Source of the DNA: Nitrosopumilaceae archaeon
GTDB taxonomy: Archaea > Thermoproteota > Nitrososphaeria > Nitrososphaerales > Nitrosopumilaceae
Assembly: GCA_965214835.1 (NCBI GenBank)
Contig: CBDCCK010000002.1
Span: 992,001-1,056,000, forward strand
DNA: 64,000 nt
Direction of reading: 5' to 3'
The notes beneath the pieces were generated by a model. The model saw only the letters and a list, made by a program, of their open reading frames with translations, had not been told where the DNA came from and ran no database searches. Numbering within the stretch: position 1 is the first letter of the stretch; each line of letters starts with the position of its first letter. The position numbers and the translations under genes were made by a program. This document shows positions 40,870-49,224 of this stretch, piece after piece.

Positions 40870-41901
40870 TCACGGATTCCAGAAGTCAATCGAGAGGACA
40901 TCTGCACGATCATGTTCGGGGGTCAGAAACATGATCGATCCTCCAATGCAATCGCATAAGAGACACGGTGCAGGTATGGGCAGATGCATCGTGTCGTGGA
41001 TCTCGATTCCGCGATCCGCATAGTAGTCATGTACCGTCTGGCCGTTTCTATCCCACGGAGTGGTCCAGCACTGGGGGTGCAGTATCTCAGTCCACACATA
41101 CTCGATATCGGGATCCCTTGTGTACGAGTCCCCGTCAAGCTGATGTCCCGACGTCTGGCTTCCGATTGAGACTCGGATCATGTCGCCTGACTGAGTGACA
41201 TAATACCCGTGCTCGTCGTAACCGTCAGCCCATACCTGCAGCGGCGTCTCGCTCAGGGGCATTATGGTCACAATGAACTGACGTGTCTCCCCCGGATGTA
41301 TCTCGGCTCTGGGAGTGTAAAAATCCCGACCCGGTAAATTATCACTCATAAACTCGTTTGGCTGAAGTGGAGGATACAAGGACAGAATCTTCACGTCCCC
41401 TACGAATTGGATCCGGAACGCGGCGTTGACCGGAGATGCGGTATGCGGGGACACGACGTCAAGTATGACGTCTGCACTCTGGCCGACTAGCGGCAGCTCC
41501 GGCATTCTGAGATCTATTTTCAGTCCGTCTTTTATGTGAGAGTCAGGACGCCAGTTTTCGTACTGGTCAAAATTGTCGGTATACTCGAACTCAATACTGG
41601 ATGCAAAATACTCCGGATATTCGTCCAGTACGAACCACCCGCTGTTTCCCAAATATCGCGCGGCAGGGGCATACGCGCATCCACGGTCATATTCAGGAGA
41701 CATCACCAGCATTGCCTCACCGCTGCAGAGGGATGTGCCCGTCGTATTTACCACCACTCCCATGGCGCCTTCCCGGTCCACAGGAATGGTGGCCCCCGGC
41801 TGGGATGTGCCCGTCGTATTTACCACCACTCCCATGTGTGCGGCGGCAATGAGTACCGCAGCTAGGGCGAGTAAAAGTCCGGCCGCCAAGAGTTTGATCA
41901 T
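40870..41901 (-). CDS. Hypothetical secreted protein with duplicated MGVVVNTTGTS peptide
   Basis: Signal peptide; exact 35-bp duplication at 41730-64 and 41802-36. Confidence 0.7.
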   Translation of the reverse strand: MIKLLAAGLLLALAAVLIAAAHMGVVVNTTGTSQPGATIPVDREGAMGVVVNTTGTSLCSGEAMLVMSPEYDRGCAYAPAARYLGNSGWFVLDEYPEYFASSIEFEYTDNFDQYENWRPDSHIKDGLKIDLRMPELPLVGQSADVILDVVSPHTASPVNAAFRIQFVGDVKILSLYPPLQPNEFMSDNLPGRDFYTPRAEIHPGETRQFIVTIMPLSETPLQVWADGYDEHGYYVTQSGDMIRVSIGSQTSGHQLDGDSYTRDPDIEYVWTEILHPQCWTTPWDRNGQTVHDYYADRGIEIHDTMHLPIPAPCLLCDCIGGSIMFLTPEHDRADVLSIDFWNP

Positions 41902-42022
41902 GGCAGAGCTACCGCCGTGTTGCTAAAAAGACTGCTGTTGTATGGTCTTTCCAAGCTTACACGAAAATGATTCCTCCATGGCACATGACATGAAATGGAG
42001 TAGACTTTATGCGTAATCGGTT

Positions 42023-43648
42023 GTACGAGTTTACCCCTCAGGCGACGCTGCCAGTCAGGGTCTTGACGAGCATTTCCCTCACGCCGCACCCCCGGGCGCG
42101 CCAGTTCATCGCGCACGTCATCAATACGGTGAACATCTCCATGCCTTCCATGGTACGGAGTCCTTGGAATACCTTGCGCGCAATTACGGACGGCCTCAGC
42201 ATGCGCTCGGCTAGGTTGTTGGTGGGCTCCATACCCGGATGCAGTATGAACGTGTAGAGAAATTCAGAGGCGTTCCCAAGCTTTGTGGCAAAGCTCTCGC
42301 ATCCGGCCTCCCTGCCGAATGCCTCGGCCAGCCCGCGCGTTTCTGCCACCAGCATGTCGTGCCGGGCGGCGCCCTCCTCCTCCGGCGGCCCCAGCCCCTT
42401 GGCATGGATGAACTTTTTCTTGAGTGTATCATACAGCGCGTGGGCCTGCCTGGAAGCCTTGCAGGCCTCCCTGGCCTCCCGGAGTATGCGGATCCGGCAC
42501 CACTGCCTGGTCTTGAATGCGGCGTATACGCCGTACCCGTCGACTGTGACCGGTTTGTCATAATACGGAAAGTTCATGTCAACTACGGCCCTGCCCCTAC
42601 TGGGTGCGGCCAGCGTGTGGACGCCGGTGACGGTGCCGTCCCTGTTCCTGCCCACGACCACCCATATGCGGGCCGTCCTGCCGTTGTATGGCATGGCAGT
42701 CTCGTCAATATGCAGATAATCAGAATCCCTGATGGCCTGCCTGATGCTCTCTACGCCGGGCTTTATCGCATTGGCGCCGGCCCTCAGGCACTGCAGCACG
42801 CCTGCCTCTGAGACATCCATGCCCAGGATTTCTGAGCACAGTGTGGCCGTGGCCTGTATGGAGGCAGGTGCCACGCGTATTGCGGCCATCATCCCCGTGA
42901 TGTTTGGTCCAAACTCGGTTCCCGGCACGTTCCATGACCTGTCGTCTTCGATACACATGTTGCCGCAGTCGGCGCATTTGCGCCTGTATGCGGTGTGCTG
43001 TGTCGTGACCGGCTCGGGCCTCTTGGGGGTATCGGTCACGGTCTTTGAGAACATCCTTTTTGGTTTCTTCATGTTGGCGCTGCCGCATTTGTCGCACTTT
43101 TTGGGGCAGTGCTTTACAAATTCGGTCGGCATTCTCTTGTGTGATATCCCCTCGTGTCCCTGCCTGCGGCCCGGCTTTGCCTTTGCAGATGCCGGTACGT
43201 TGCCTGATGCCTTTGCAGCAGCAGTCTTTTTCTGCCTGGTCGGAATCGAGTTCTGCGAGGATGGGGTGTGCGGGTTTTCGTAATATTTGATGTGCTGTCT
43301 GAGCTGCTGGTTTTCTGCTTTCAGTTCGGCAGTCTGCGCCTCAGATGCTGCTACCCCCTCTGATCCCTTTTGCCTGTACCAGCTGATCTGTGATGCCTGC
43401 ATCACGATTGTCACCGAGGACTCGGCCATCTGTTCGACAAGCATGGCTATCGTCTGATCCTTGTCTGCGATGATCCTGTCCTTCCTGCCCAATTCGGCTA
43501 TGGTGCGGGCCAACTCGTCGCGTAGTATCTTGGTCTCTGAATCAGGCAATGAATACAGGTGTGATCTGGATGCATATGGATCCAGATGGTGATCAAAAAT
43601 TGGCCTTGTGCTCAATCTAAATTATACGGATGAGGGGTAAACTCTTAC
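42023..43648 (-). mobile_element. IS66-family element (single-ORF, ISBst12-like)
   Basis: TIR GTACGAGTTTACCCCTC / GAGGGGTAAACTCTTAC; no TSD. Confidence 0.92.
42038..43615 (-). CDS. IS66 transposase (TnpC-like)
   Basis: Coiled coil, N..TPSS, PG...GH.G, C..C/C..C, HIDET, VTVDGY, PTNNLAER.LR. Confidence 0.93.
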   Translation of the reverse strand: MSTRPIFDHHLDPYASRSHLYSLPDSETKILRDELARTIAELGRKDRIIADKDQTIAMLVEQMAESSVTIVMQASQISWYRQKGSEGVAASEAQTAELKAENQQLRQHIKYYENPHTPSSQNSIPTRQKKTAAAKASGNVPASAKAKPGRRQGHEGISHKRMPTEFVKHCPKKCDKCGSANMKKPKRMFSKTVTDTPKRPEPVTTQHTAYRRKCADCGNMCIEDDRSWNVPGTEFGPNITGMMAAIRVAPASIQATATLCSEILGMDVSEAGVLQCLRAGANAIKPGVESIRQAIRDSDYLHIDETAMPYNGRTARIWVVVGRNRDGTVTGVHTLAAPSRGRAVVDMNFPYYDKPVTVDGYGVYAAFKTRQWCRIRILREAREACKASRQAHALYDTLKKKFIHAKGLGPPEEEGAARHDMLVAETRGLAEAFGREAGCESFATKLGNASEFLYTFILHPGMEPTNNLAERMLRPSVIARKVFQGLRTMEGMEMFTVLMTCAMNWRARGCGVREMLVKTLTGSVA

Positions 43649-43649
43649 C

Positions 43650-44192
43650 ATCTTGGAGGATGAGGTAGGCATCAAGTACGAAGGAGAGATAAACGTGCCT
43701 GCCAGCGGAAGGACGATCCTGGGATTTGTTCATTTTATAGGGCCGATTGGAATGAAAAACAAGATAAAAATCGATGCATCAAGAATAGAAAAAATGGCAG
43801 ATTCTGCATCAATATAGACGGTAACTGCATCTTATGAAGACCTTGAGGATTTTCAGGTAAACGGCTACACGCTCAACGAGGCAGTATCCGAAAAGATTCG
43901 CAGCACCATGCAGCGAATCAAGGTGCGGGATTACTATGACATATGGAAGATGCTTGGAAAAGACGGCCCTCGCGATTTTGATGCTACGTTGATTGGAGAC
44001 ATGGTCAGGCAAAAGTGTGCAATCAATGACATAGAGTATGATCCGTCAAAAATCTTTGATGCTGGCCGCCTTGACGGGCTAAGGGAGCACTGGGGAAAGG
44101 AGCTGGGGAGATTGGTTGCTGGAGAGCTGCCAGAACCTGACAAGGTTTTCAGCTACATACGGAACCTGCTCAGATTTCTCCCTGTAAAATAA
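43650..44192 (+). pseudogene. AbiEii/AbiGii-family nucleotidyltransferase toxin, 5'-truncated with an internal TAG
   Basis: IKID, Y.L.E..SEKIRS.MQR.KVRDYYDIW motif; in-frame TAG at 43815-17; begins at the IS66 end. Confidence 0.8.
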
Positions 44193-44309
44193 TCTTAAAA
44201 CAAACCCGCACAATCTGGGGCCGGAGCCACGCCAGATGGGGGAGGTGTCCGGGCACGACCTGCGCCCGTAAGATATCCAGAAGCGATATGGCGCCAAACC
44301 GGCAGGAAG

Positions 44310-45767
44310 CTACGGACAGGACAGCTCAGAGGACAGCCGCGAGCTTATCTCGGAGATCTTTATCCTGTATTGCTCCATCGAGTCGCGCTCCCGCAGCGTT
44401 ACGGTCTGATCCTCCAGCGTCCGGTGATCCACGGTTATTGCAAACGGACATCCGACCTCGTCCAGCCTCCTGTACCTTCTTCCTATCGCACCGGAGTGAT
44501 CTAGGAACGCGTCAAACCTCGTCCTGATTTCCCTGAAGACCTCGTCGGCTTTTTCCTTCAGGCCGTCCTTTTTTACCAGGGACAGCACGCCTACGTGGAC
44601 CGGGGACAGGTACGGCCTCAGCGACAGGACTGTTCTCTCGTTTTCCCTGTCATCTCGCATGCAGTGCTCTAGGATGGTGTACAGGCTGCGGTCTATCCCC
44701 ATCGAGATCTCAAATACGTGGGGAAGGACCTTCTCATCGCCGTCCATGACCTCGAACTTTTCCCCGCTTTTTTCGGCGTGGCTTGACAGGTCATAGTCGG
44801 ATCTATAGTTGCATGCAACAAGCTCCAGCCATCCGACGGTGGTATTTACCTCAAAGTCAAAGGCGACCTCCGCATAGAATGCCTTTTCCCTGTCGCCCAG
44901 CCTTCGGAACCTGCTCCGTGCCATGTCTATGCCGGTTTTTGCATAAAATTCAGCCAGTATCCCCAGGTAATACGCGACAAACTTGCTGGGAACCAGGCCC
45001 GAATCAACCGCCTCCTGGCACGTGACCTCCCTTGATTCAGAGCCCGCCTCGATTCGAATCCTTGTATCCCTGACCTCGTCGTATTTTTCCAGTCCGTCAA
45101 GCCTTGACGGATTGCAAAAGACCTCGATCTCTGCCTGGTAAAACTCCCTCAGGCGCAGGAGGCTCTGCCTCGGCGCTATCTCGTTTCTAAAACTCTTGCC
45201 TACCTGCGCGACTCCCTGTGGCAGCCTTCCCCTCATTGTCTTGAACAGCCTTGGAAAGTCCACAAATATCGACTGGCAGGTCTCCGGCCTCAGATATGCG
45301 GGCTCGCCCTCCGGACCAATTCCCACTTGGAACATCATGTTGAACTTTTTTGCAGGCTCAAAGCCCCCCTTGCACTTTGGGCACTTTATGCCGTTCTCAG
45401 CTATTGCTTTGTCAAACTCGTCAAGGTCTGCGCTTTCCGGTATCGTAACCCCTGCAGCCTCTGCAATCATCCTGTCTGCCCTGAACGTCGACTTGCACTT
45501 TGCACACTTTATGATCGGATCTGCAAAGCTGGCCAGGTGTCCTGATGCCTCAAAGACCGACCCTGACATTATCTGCGAGCCGTCGATCTCCAGCATGCCG
45601 TCCCTCCTGACCAGCTCCCGCCGCCACAGCTCGAGGAACCTGTTCTTCAGGCCGACGCCGGAGGGGCCGTACTCCCAAAAGCCCGCCTGCGCGTCCCCGT
45701 ACACCTCGCAGCTTGGAAAGTAAAATCCCCTCTCCAGCGCAAGCTTCATGACGCCATCATAGTCCAT
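44310..45767 (-). CDS. glyS: Glycine--tRNA ligase
   Basis: YLRPETCQ.IF, GKSFRNEIAPRQ..LRLREF.QAE, IGRRYRRLDEVG. Confidence 0.96.
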   Translation of the reverse strand: MDYDGVMKLALERGFYFPSCEVYGDAQAGFWEYGPSGVGLKNRFLELWRRELVRRDGMLEIDGSQIMSGSVFEASGHLASFADPIIKCAKCKSTFRADRMIAEAAGVTIPESADLDEFDKAIAENGIKCPKCKGGFEPAKKFNMMFQVGIGPEGEPAYLRPETCQSIFVDFPRLFKTMRGRLPQGVAQVGKSFRNEIAPRQSLLRLREFYQAEIEVFCNPSRLDGLEKYDEVRDTRIRIEAGSESREVTCQEAVDSGLVPSKFVAYYLGILAEFYAKTGIDMARSRFRRLGDREKAFYAEVAFDFEVNTTVGWLELVACNYRSDYDLSSHAEKSGEKFEVMDGDEKVLPHVFEISMGIDRSLYTILEHCMRDDRENERTVLSLRPYLSPVHVGVLSLVKKDGLKEKADEVFREIRTRFDAFLDHSGAIGRRYRRLDEVGCPFAITVDHRTLEDQTVTLRERDSMEQYRIKISEISSRLSSELSCP

Positions 45768-45800
45768 GGTTTTCCGGCCCCCGTCTGGCATAAATTCCTA

Positions 45801-46640
45801 TCATGCCAGATTCTTTACTGCCTCGATATTACCAGAGTCGGTGCGTATGTCGTCTATCGGCGTCTCCAGGATCATGGGGATCTTCTTCTTGTTTATCATT
45901 CTGACTATCTCCCCCATTCCGATCTCCCCTATGTTTCCCAGTCCTATGTGATAGTGCCTGTCCAGGTTGTTGCCCAGCTCCCCCTTGGAGTCATTGAGAT
46001 GCAGGATTTTCAGGTGCCTGAACCCCACCGCCTTGTCAAACTTTGAGAACGTGTCCCTGACATCCCTTGCGGTCCTCAGGTCGTATCCTGCGGCAAATGC
46101 GTGGCAGGTGTCAAGACACACCCCGAACCTGTCTGACGGCTCCAGCTGGGACAGTATCTCTGCCCACTGCCCAAAGTCCGAACCGACGGAGTTTTTCTGA
46201 CCGGCGGTGTTTTCCAGCAGTATCATCACGTCGTTGTCCACCTTTGCTGCCTTCATCAGGCCCTTTACCAGCCTCTTGATGCCTGCCTCCTCGCCTGTCC
46301 CCAGGTGGCTGCCCAGGTGGGTGACCAGGTACGGGATGCCCAGCCGCCCGCATCTCTCCACCTCCTTGACAATCGCATTGACTGACTTTTCAAATGCCTC
46401 CTTGTCTGGCGTTGCCAGGTTTGGAAGATACGGCATGTGTGCGACCGTTGCCATCCTGTCGATGTCGGATCTCTGGACCTTCTCCCTGAAGACCGAGATG
46501 TCCTTGTCTGTCAGCGCCTTTGCATGCCAGCTTCTGGGGCTTCTGGTAAAAATTTGAAATGCAGAACATCCTCTTTCAATAGCATTGTCCACTGCCCTGT
46601 CGACTGATCCCGAGATGGAGACATGGCAGCCCACTTGCAT
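45801..46640 (-). CDS. nfo: Endonuclease IV
   Basis: GCHVSI, QIFT.SP, H.PY..NL, ENTAG, DTCH, HLNDSK, DRH, ETP. Confidence 0.95.
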   Translation of the reverse strand: MQVGCHVSISGSVDRAVDNAIERGCSAFQIFTRSPRSWHAKALTDKDISVFREKVQRSDIDRMATVAHMPYLPNLATPDKEAFEKSVNAIVKEVERCGRLGIPYLVTHLGSHLGTGEEAGIKRLVKGLMKAAKVDNDVMILLENTAGQKNSVGSDFGQWAEILSQLEPSDRFGVCLDTCHAFAAGYDLRTARDVRDTFSKFDKAVGFRHLKILHLNDSKGELGNNLDRHYHIGLGNIGEIGMGEIVRMINKKKIPMILETPIDDIRTDSGNIEAVKNLA

Positions 46641-46682
46641 ATACAAAATCCTCCATATGCTCAATTTAAACCCGATTCATGG

Positions 46683-46888
46683 CAGCCTTCCCCAGATGCA
46701 GCCATACTCGCGGCGGTGCAGGCGGCGGCGTGCGGATCTGCAGGTTAGCCTGATTTGAATCGTTTCTAATACGCAGTCTTCCAAAAGTTCCCCATAAAAC
46801 GGCCCATGCTCGAAACAATTCAAGCCCTGCCTGCAGATCCGCACGCAGCCGTCTGCACCGCCACGAGTCACCACATCTGAAAAGACCG
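46683..46888. mobile_element. Two inverted MITE family A copies (partial 46683-46767, full 46774-46888)
   Basis: GGCGGTGCAG..TGCGGATCTGCAGG faces CCTGCAGATCCGCA..CTGCACCGCC. Confidence 0.75.
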
Positions 46889-46933
46889 TAGCATTGAACC
46901 AGATTTTTAAGGCCAAGCGACAGACCATGGGTC

Positions 46934-47986
46934 ATGATCACCTTGGGCCAGGACGAGATGGCAAAATACCCGTTCATCGGCGATGCCGGACAGTACCTGA
47001 GGGACAAGGGATTCGAGCTGGAGACCTTTGGAGATGATCCCGACCTTGCGCCCATAATCAAAAAGGCCTTTGAGCGCATCCGGGTCTCTACCGAGGGCCG
47101 CACCCATGACTCGGAAATGGACTCCTCCTTTGATACCAAGCTGCAAAAGGACAGCGTGTTGCCTACAGAGGTCCTGTCCTTCATCCTTGCCATCATTCTG
47201 ATAAAGTCTGCCAACGGACACTCGCTGATCAACCGCTTCTGCCTGTCTGAGGCAAGACGCGCGCACGGATTCCTCCTGCAGGATCTGAACAACCCAAAGG
47301 CAACTGACAGTGCCGAAAACAAGCTGAAGGAGACGGCGGTAAAAATCATCCATGAGATCTCCCAGATTTCCCTGACACAGAAAGAAAATTCTACCGAGTG
47401 GCTGATTCCGGTGGCCGACTATGTACGGCGTTCGGTCAACTTTCATGAAAGGCCCTGGAAGCTAATCAACCAGCGCGTACACAGGGGAAACGTAATCATG
47501 ACCTCCGGGGACATCGTACGCCTGATCCGAACGGAGATTCAAAACTATATCAAGTCAAAAATCAAGTCCATCATGAACACGTCCCAGTCCCTGTCCAACC
47601 AGTATGTCGCAGACGTCGAGGCCCTCGCCGAAAGGTTTACCCTGAAGATTGTAGAAACCGGGGAGTATCCCCCGTGCATAAAGCACGCCATTGACGTACT
47701 GCACAAGGGCGAAAACCTCCCCCACTCCGGGCGGTTCCTGCTGGCAACGTACCTGCTGAAGAAGGGGCAGTCCGTCGAGCAGATCGCGCCCCTGTTCAAG
47801 AACGCGCCTGACTATAACGAGCGCGTGACCATGTACCAGCTCAACAACCTTGCAGGAAAAACCGGCTCGGGAACCGAGTATTCGTGCCCCTCGTGTGAAA
47901 AAGTCAAGACGAACAACCTCTGCTTTGCGGTCCCGGAGTGCAGCGGCATCATAAATCCAGTCCAGTTTGGAAGGATACGGCAGTGA
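46934..47986 (+). CDS. priL: DNA primase large subunit
   Basis: AKYPF, YPPCI, NLPHSGRF, APDYNE..T.YQ, Y.CPSC, LC..C..I.NP. Confidence 0.93.
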   Translation: MITLGQDEMAKYPFIGDAGQYLRDKGFELETFGDDPDLAPIIKKAFERIRVSTEGRTHDSEMDSSFDTKLQKDSVLPTEVLSFILAIILIKSANGHSLINRFCLSEARRAHGFLLQDLNNPKATDSAENKLKETAVKIIHEISQISLTQKENSTEWLIPVADYVRRSVNFHERPWKLINQRVHRGNVIMTSGDIVRLIRTEIQNYIKSKIKSIMNTSQSLSNQYVADVEALAERFTLKIVETGEYPPCIKHAIDVLHKGENLPHSGRFLLATYLLKKGQSVEQIAPLFKNAPDYNERVTMYQLNNLAGKTGSGTEYSCPSCEKVKTNNLCFAVPECSGIINPVQFGRIRQ

Positions 47987-49104
47987 TCCCCGAAAAGGAC
48001 GTTCCCGTACTGGAGGGCGCGTTTAAAAAGTACTATTTTGATCACTTTGATCTAATCGGGGTGCCGGAGCGCACCAGGGAAAGGGAGTTTGGCTATCAAA
48101 GGTTCAACTCGGGTATGATCAGGCACATCTCCCTCAAAGACGACAAGGAGCTGCGCCTGATTCTGATGAACAACTCTCCCTCCGACGTCTACTGCTCCAA
48201 TGCCTACTATACGTTTCCCAACCTGTCGATGGCAGAAAAGGACTGGAAGGAGGCCGATCTTATCTTTGACATTGATGCAAAGGATCTCAACCTCGGCTGC
48301 AGGCAAAAGCACATCTCCTCCAAGTGCGGCGAGTGTAGCCTGGCATTTGCAGGCTCTGGCGCCTGCCCTGACTGCAGCTCCAAAAAGATCGAATCAAAGT
48401 CATTTACATGCAACGACTGCATCAAAATGGCAAAAAACGAGGTGAGAAAACTCTCACGAATCCTCATCGACGATCTTGGCATATCCGAGGAAAACATCCT
48501 CGTATTCTTTTCGGGGAACGAGGGCTTTCATGTCCAGGTTACAGGTTCGGGATACCGGGAGCTGGGATCAAAGGAGCGCTCGGAGCTGACCGACTATATA
48601 ATGTTCAAAAACATCCTTCCGGAAACACTTGGAATGAGACAAAATCCAAACAGGAGGGACTTTCCGGAGCTCGATGATGTCGGATGGCGCGGACGTGTGG
48701 CAGCCGAGATATTTGGCTCAAAGTCAAAGCGATCAAGGGTAATATCTGAGATCATCAAGAACGGCTATTCGTCGTTTCAAAACATGCTCCTAGAGATTGC
48801 CCCCAAAATCGGCGCGATAATCGATCCAAACGTAACCATGGACATACACAGGATTTTCCGCCTGTCTGGAACCCTGAACAGCAAAAGCGGCCTTGCAAAG
48901 ATGTACTGCGAAAACCTTGACAGGTTTGACCCGTATGTCGATGCATGCTTTATCGATGACTCCCAGATAGAGGTGCTGGCCAGCTGCCCGATCCCCTTTA
49001 CCTTGAACAGGAGGAAATTCGGCCCATATGACGGCCAGAGGGTCGTACTCCCGCAATATGCCGCAGTATACCTGATTTGCAAGGGTTTTGCCTCAACCGT
49101 GTAG
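47983..49104 (+). CDS. priS: DNA primase small subunit
   Basis: REFG, M.RH, LIFDIDAKD, FSGNEGFH, ID.NVT.DIHRIFR; GTG start inferred. Confidence 0.93.
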   Translation: MIPEKDVPVLEGAFKKYYFDHFDLIGVPERTREREFGYQRFNSGMIRHISLKDDKELRLILMNNSPSDVYCSNAYYTFPNLSMAEKDWKEADLIFDIDAKDLNLGCRQKHISSKCGECSLAFAGSGACPDCSSKKIESKSFTCNDCIKMAKNEVRKLSRILIDDLGISEENILVFFSGNEGFHVQVTGSGYRELGSKERSELTDYIMFKNILPETLGMRQNPNRRDFPELDDVGWRGRVAAEIFGSKSKRSRVISEIIKNGYSSFQNMLLEIAPKIGAIIDPNVTMDIHRIFRLSGTLNSKSGLAKMYCENLDRFDPYVDACFIDDSQIEVLASCPIPFTLNRRKFGPYDGQRVVLPQYAAVYLICKGFASTV

Positions 49105-49224
49105 ATCTTACAAAACTGGTGTTTTTGGGCTAGATTATTCGCAAAATTATGACTGATTTGATAAATTACCTTGCGCCTAGGCATTTATCCGGTAAGACAT
49201 TAATTTATCATCGCCTGAGTATGT

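Noticed and set aside
41730-41836. Mini-CRISPR (35-bp repeat, 37-bp spacer)
   Set aside because: Only two repeats, a period divisible by three and in frame within a signal-peptide ORF; no leader or cas genes.
43815-43817. Read-through of the in-frame TAG in the AbiEii-like gene
   Set aside because: The gene is already 5'-truncated and no pyl machinery is visible; a nonsense mutation is simpler.
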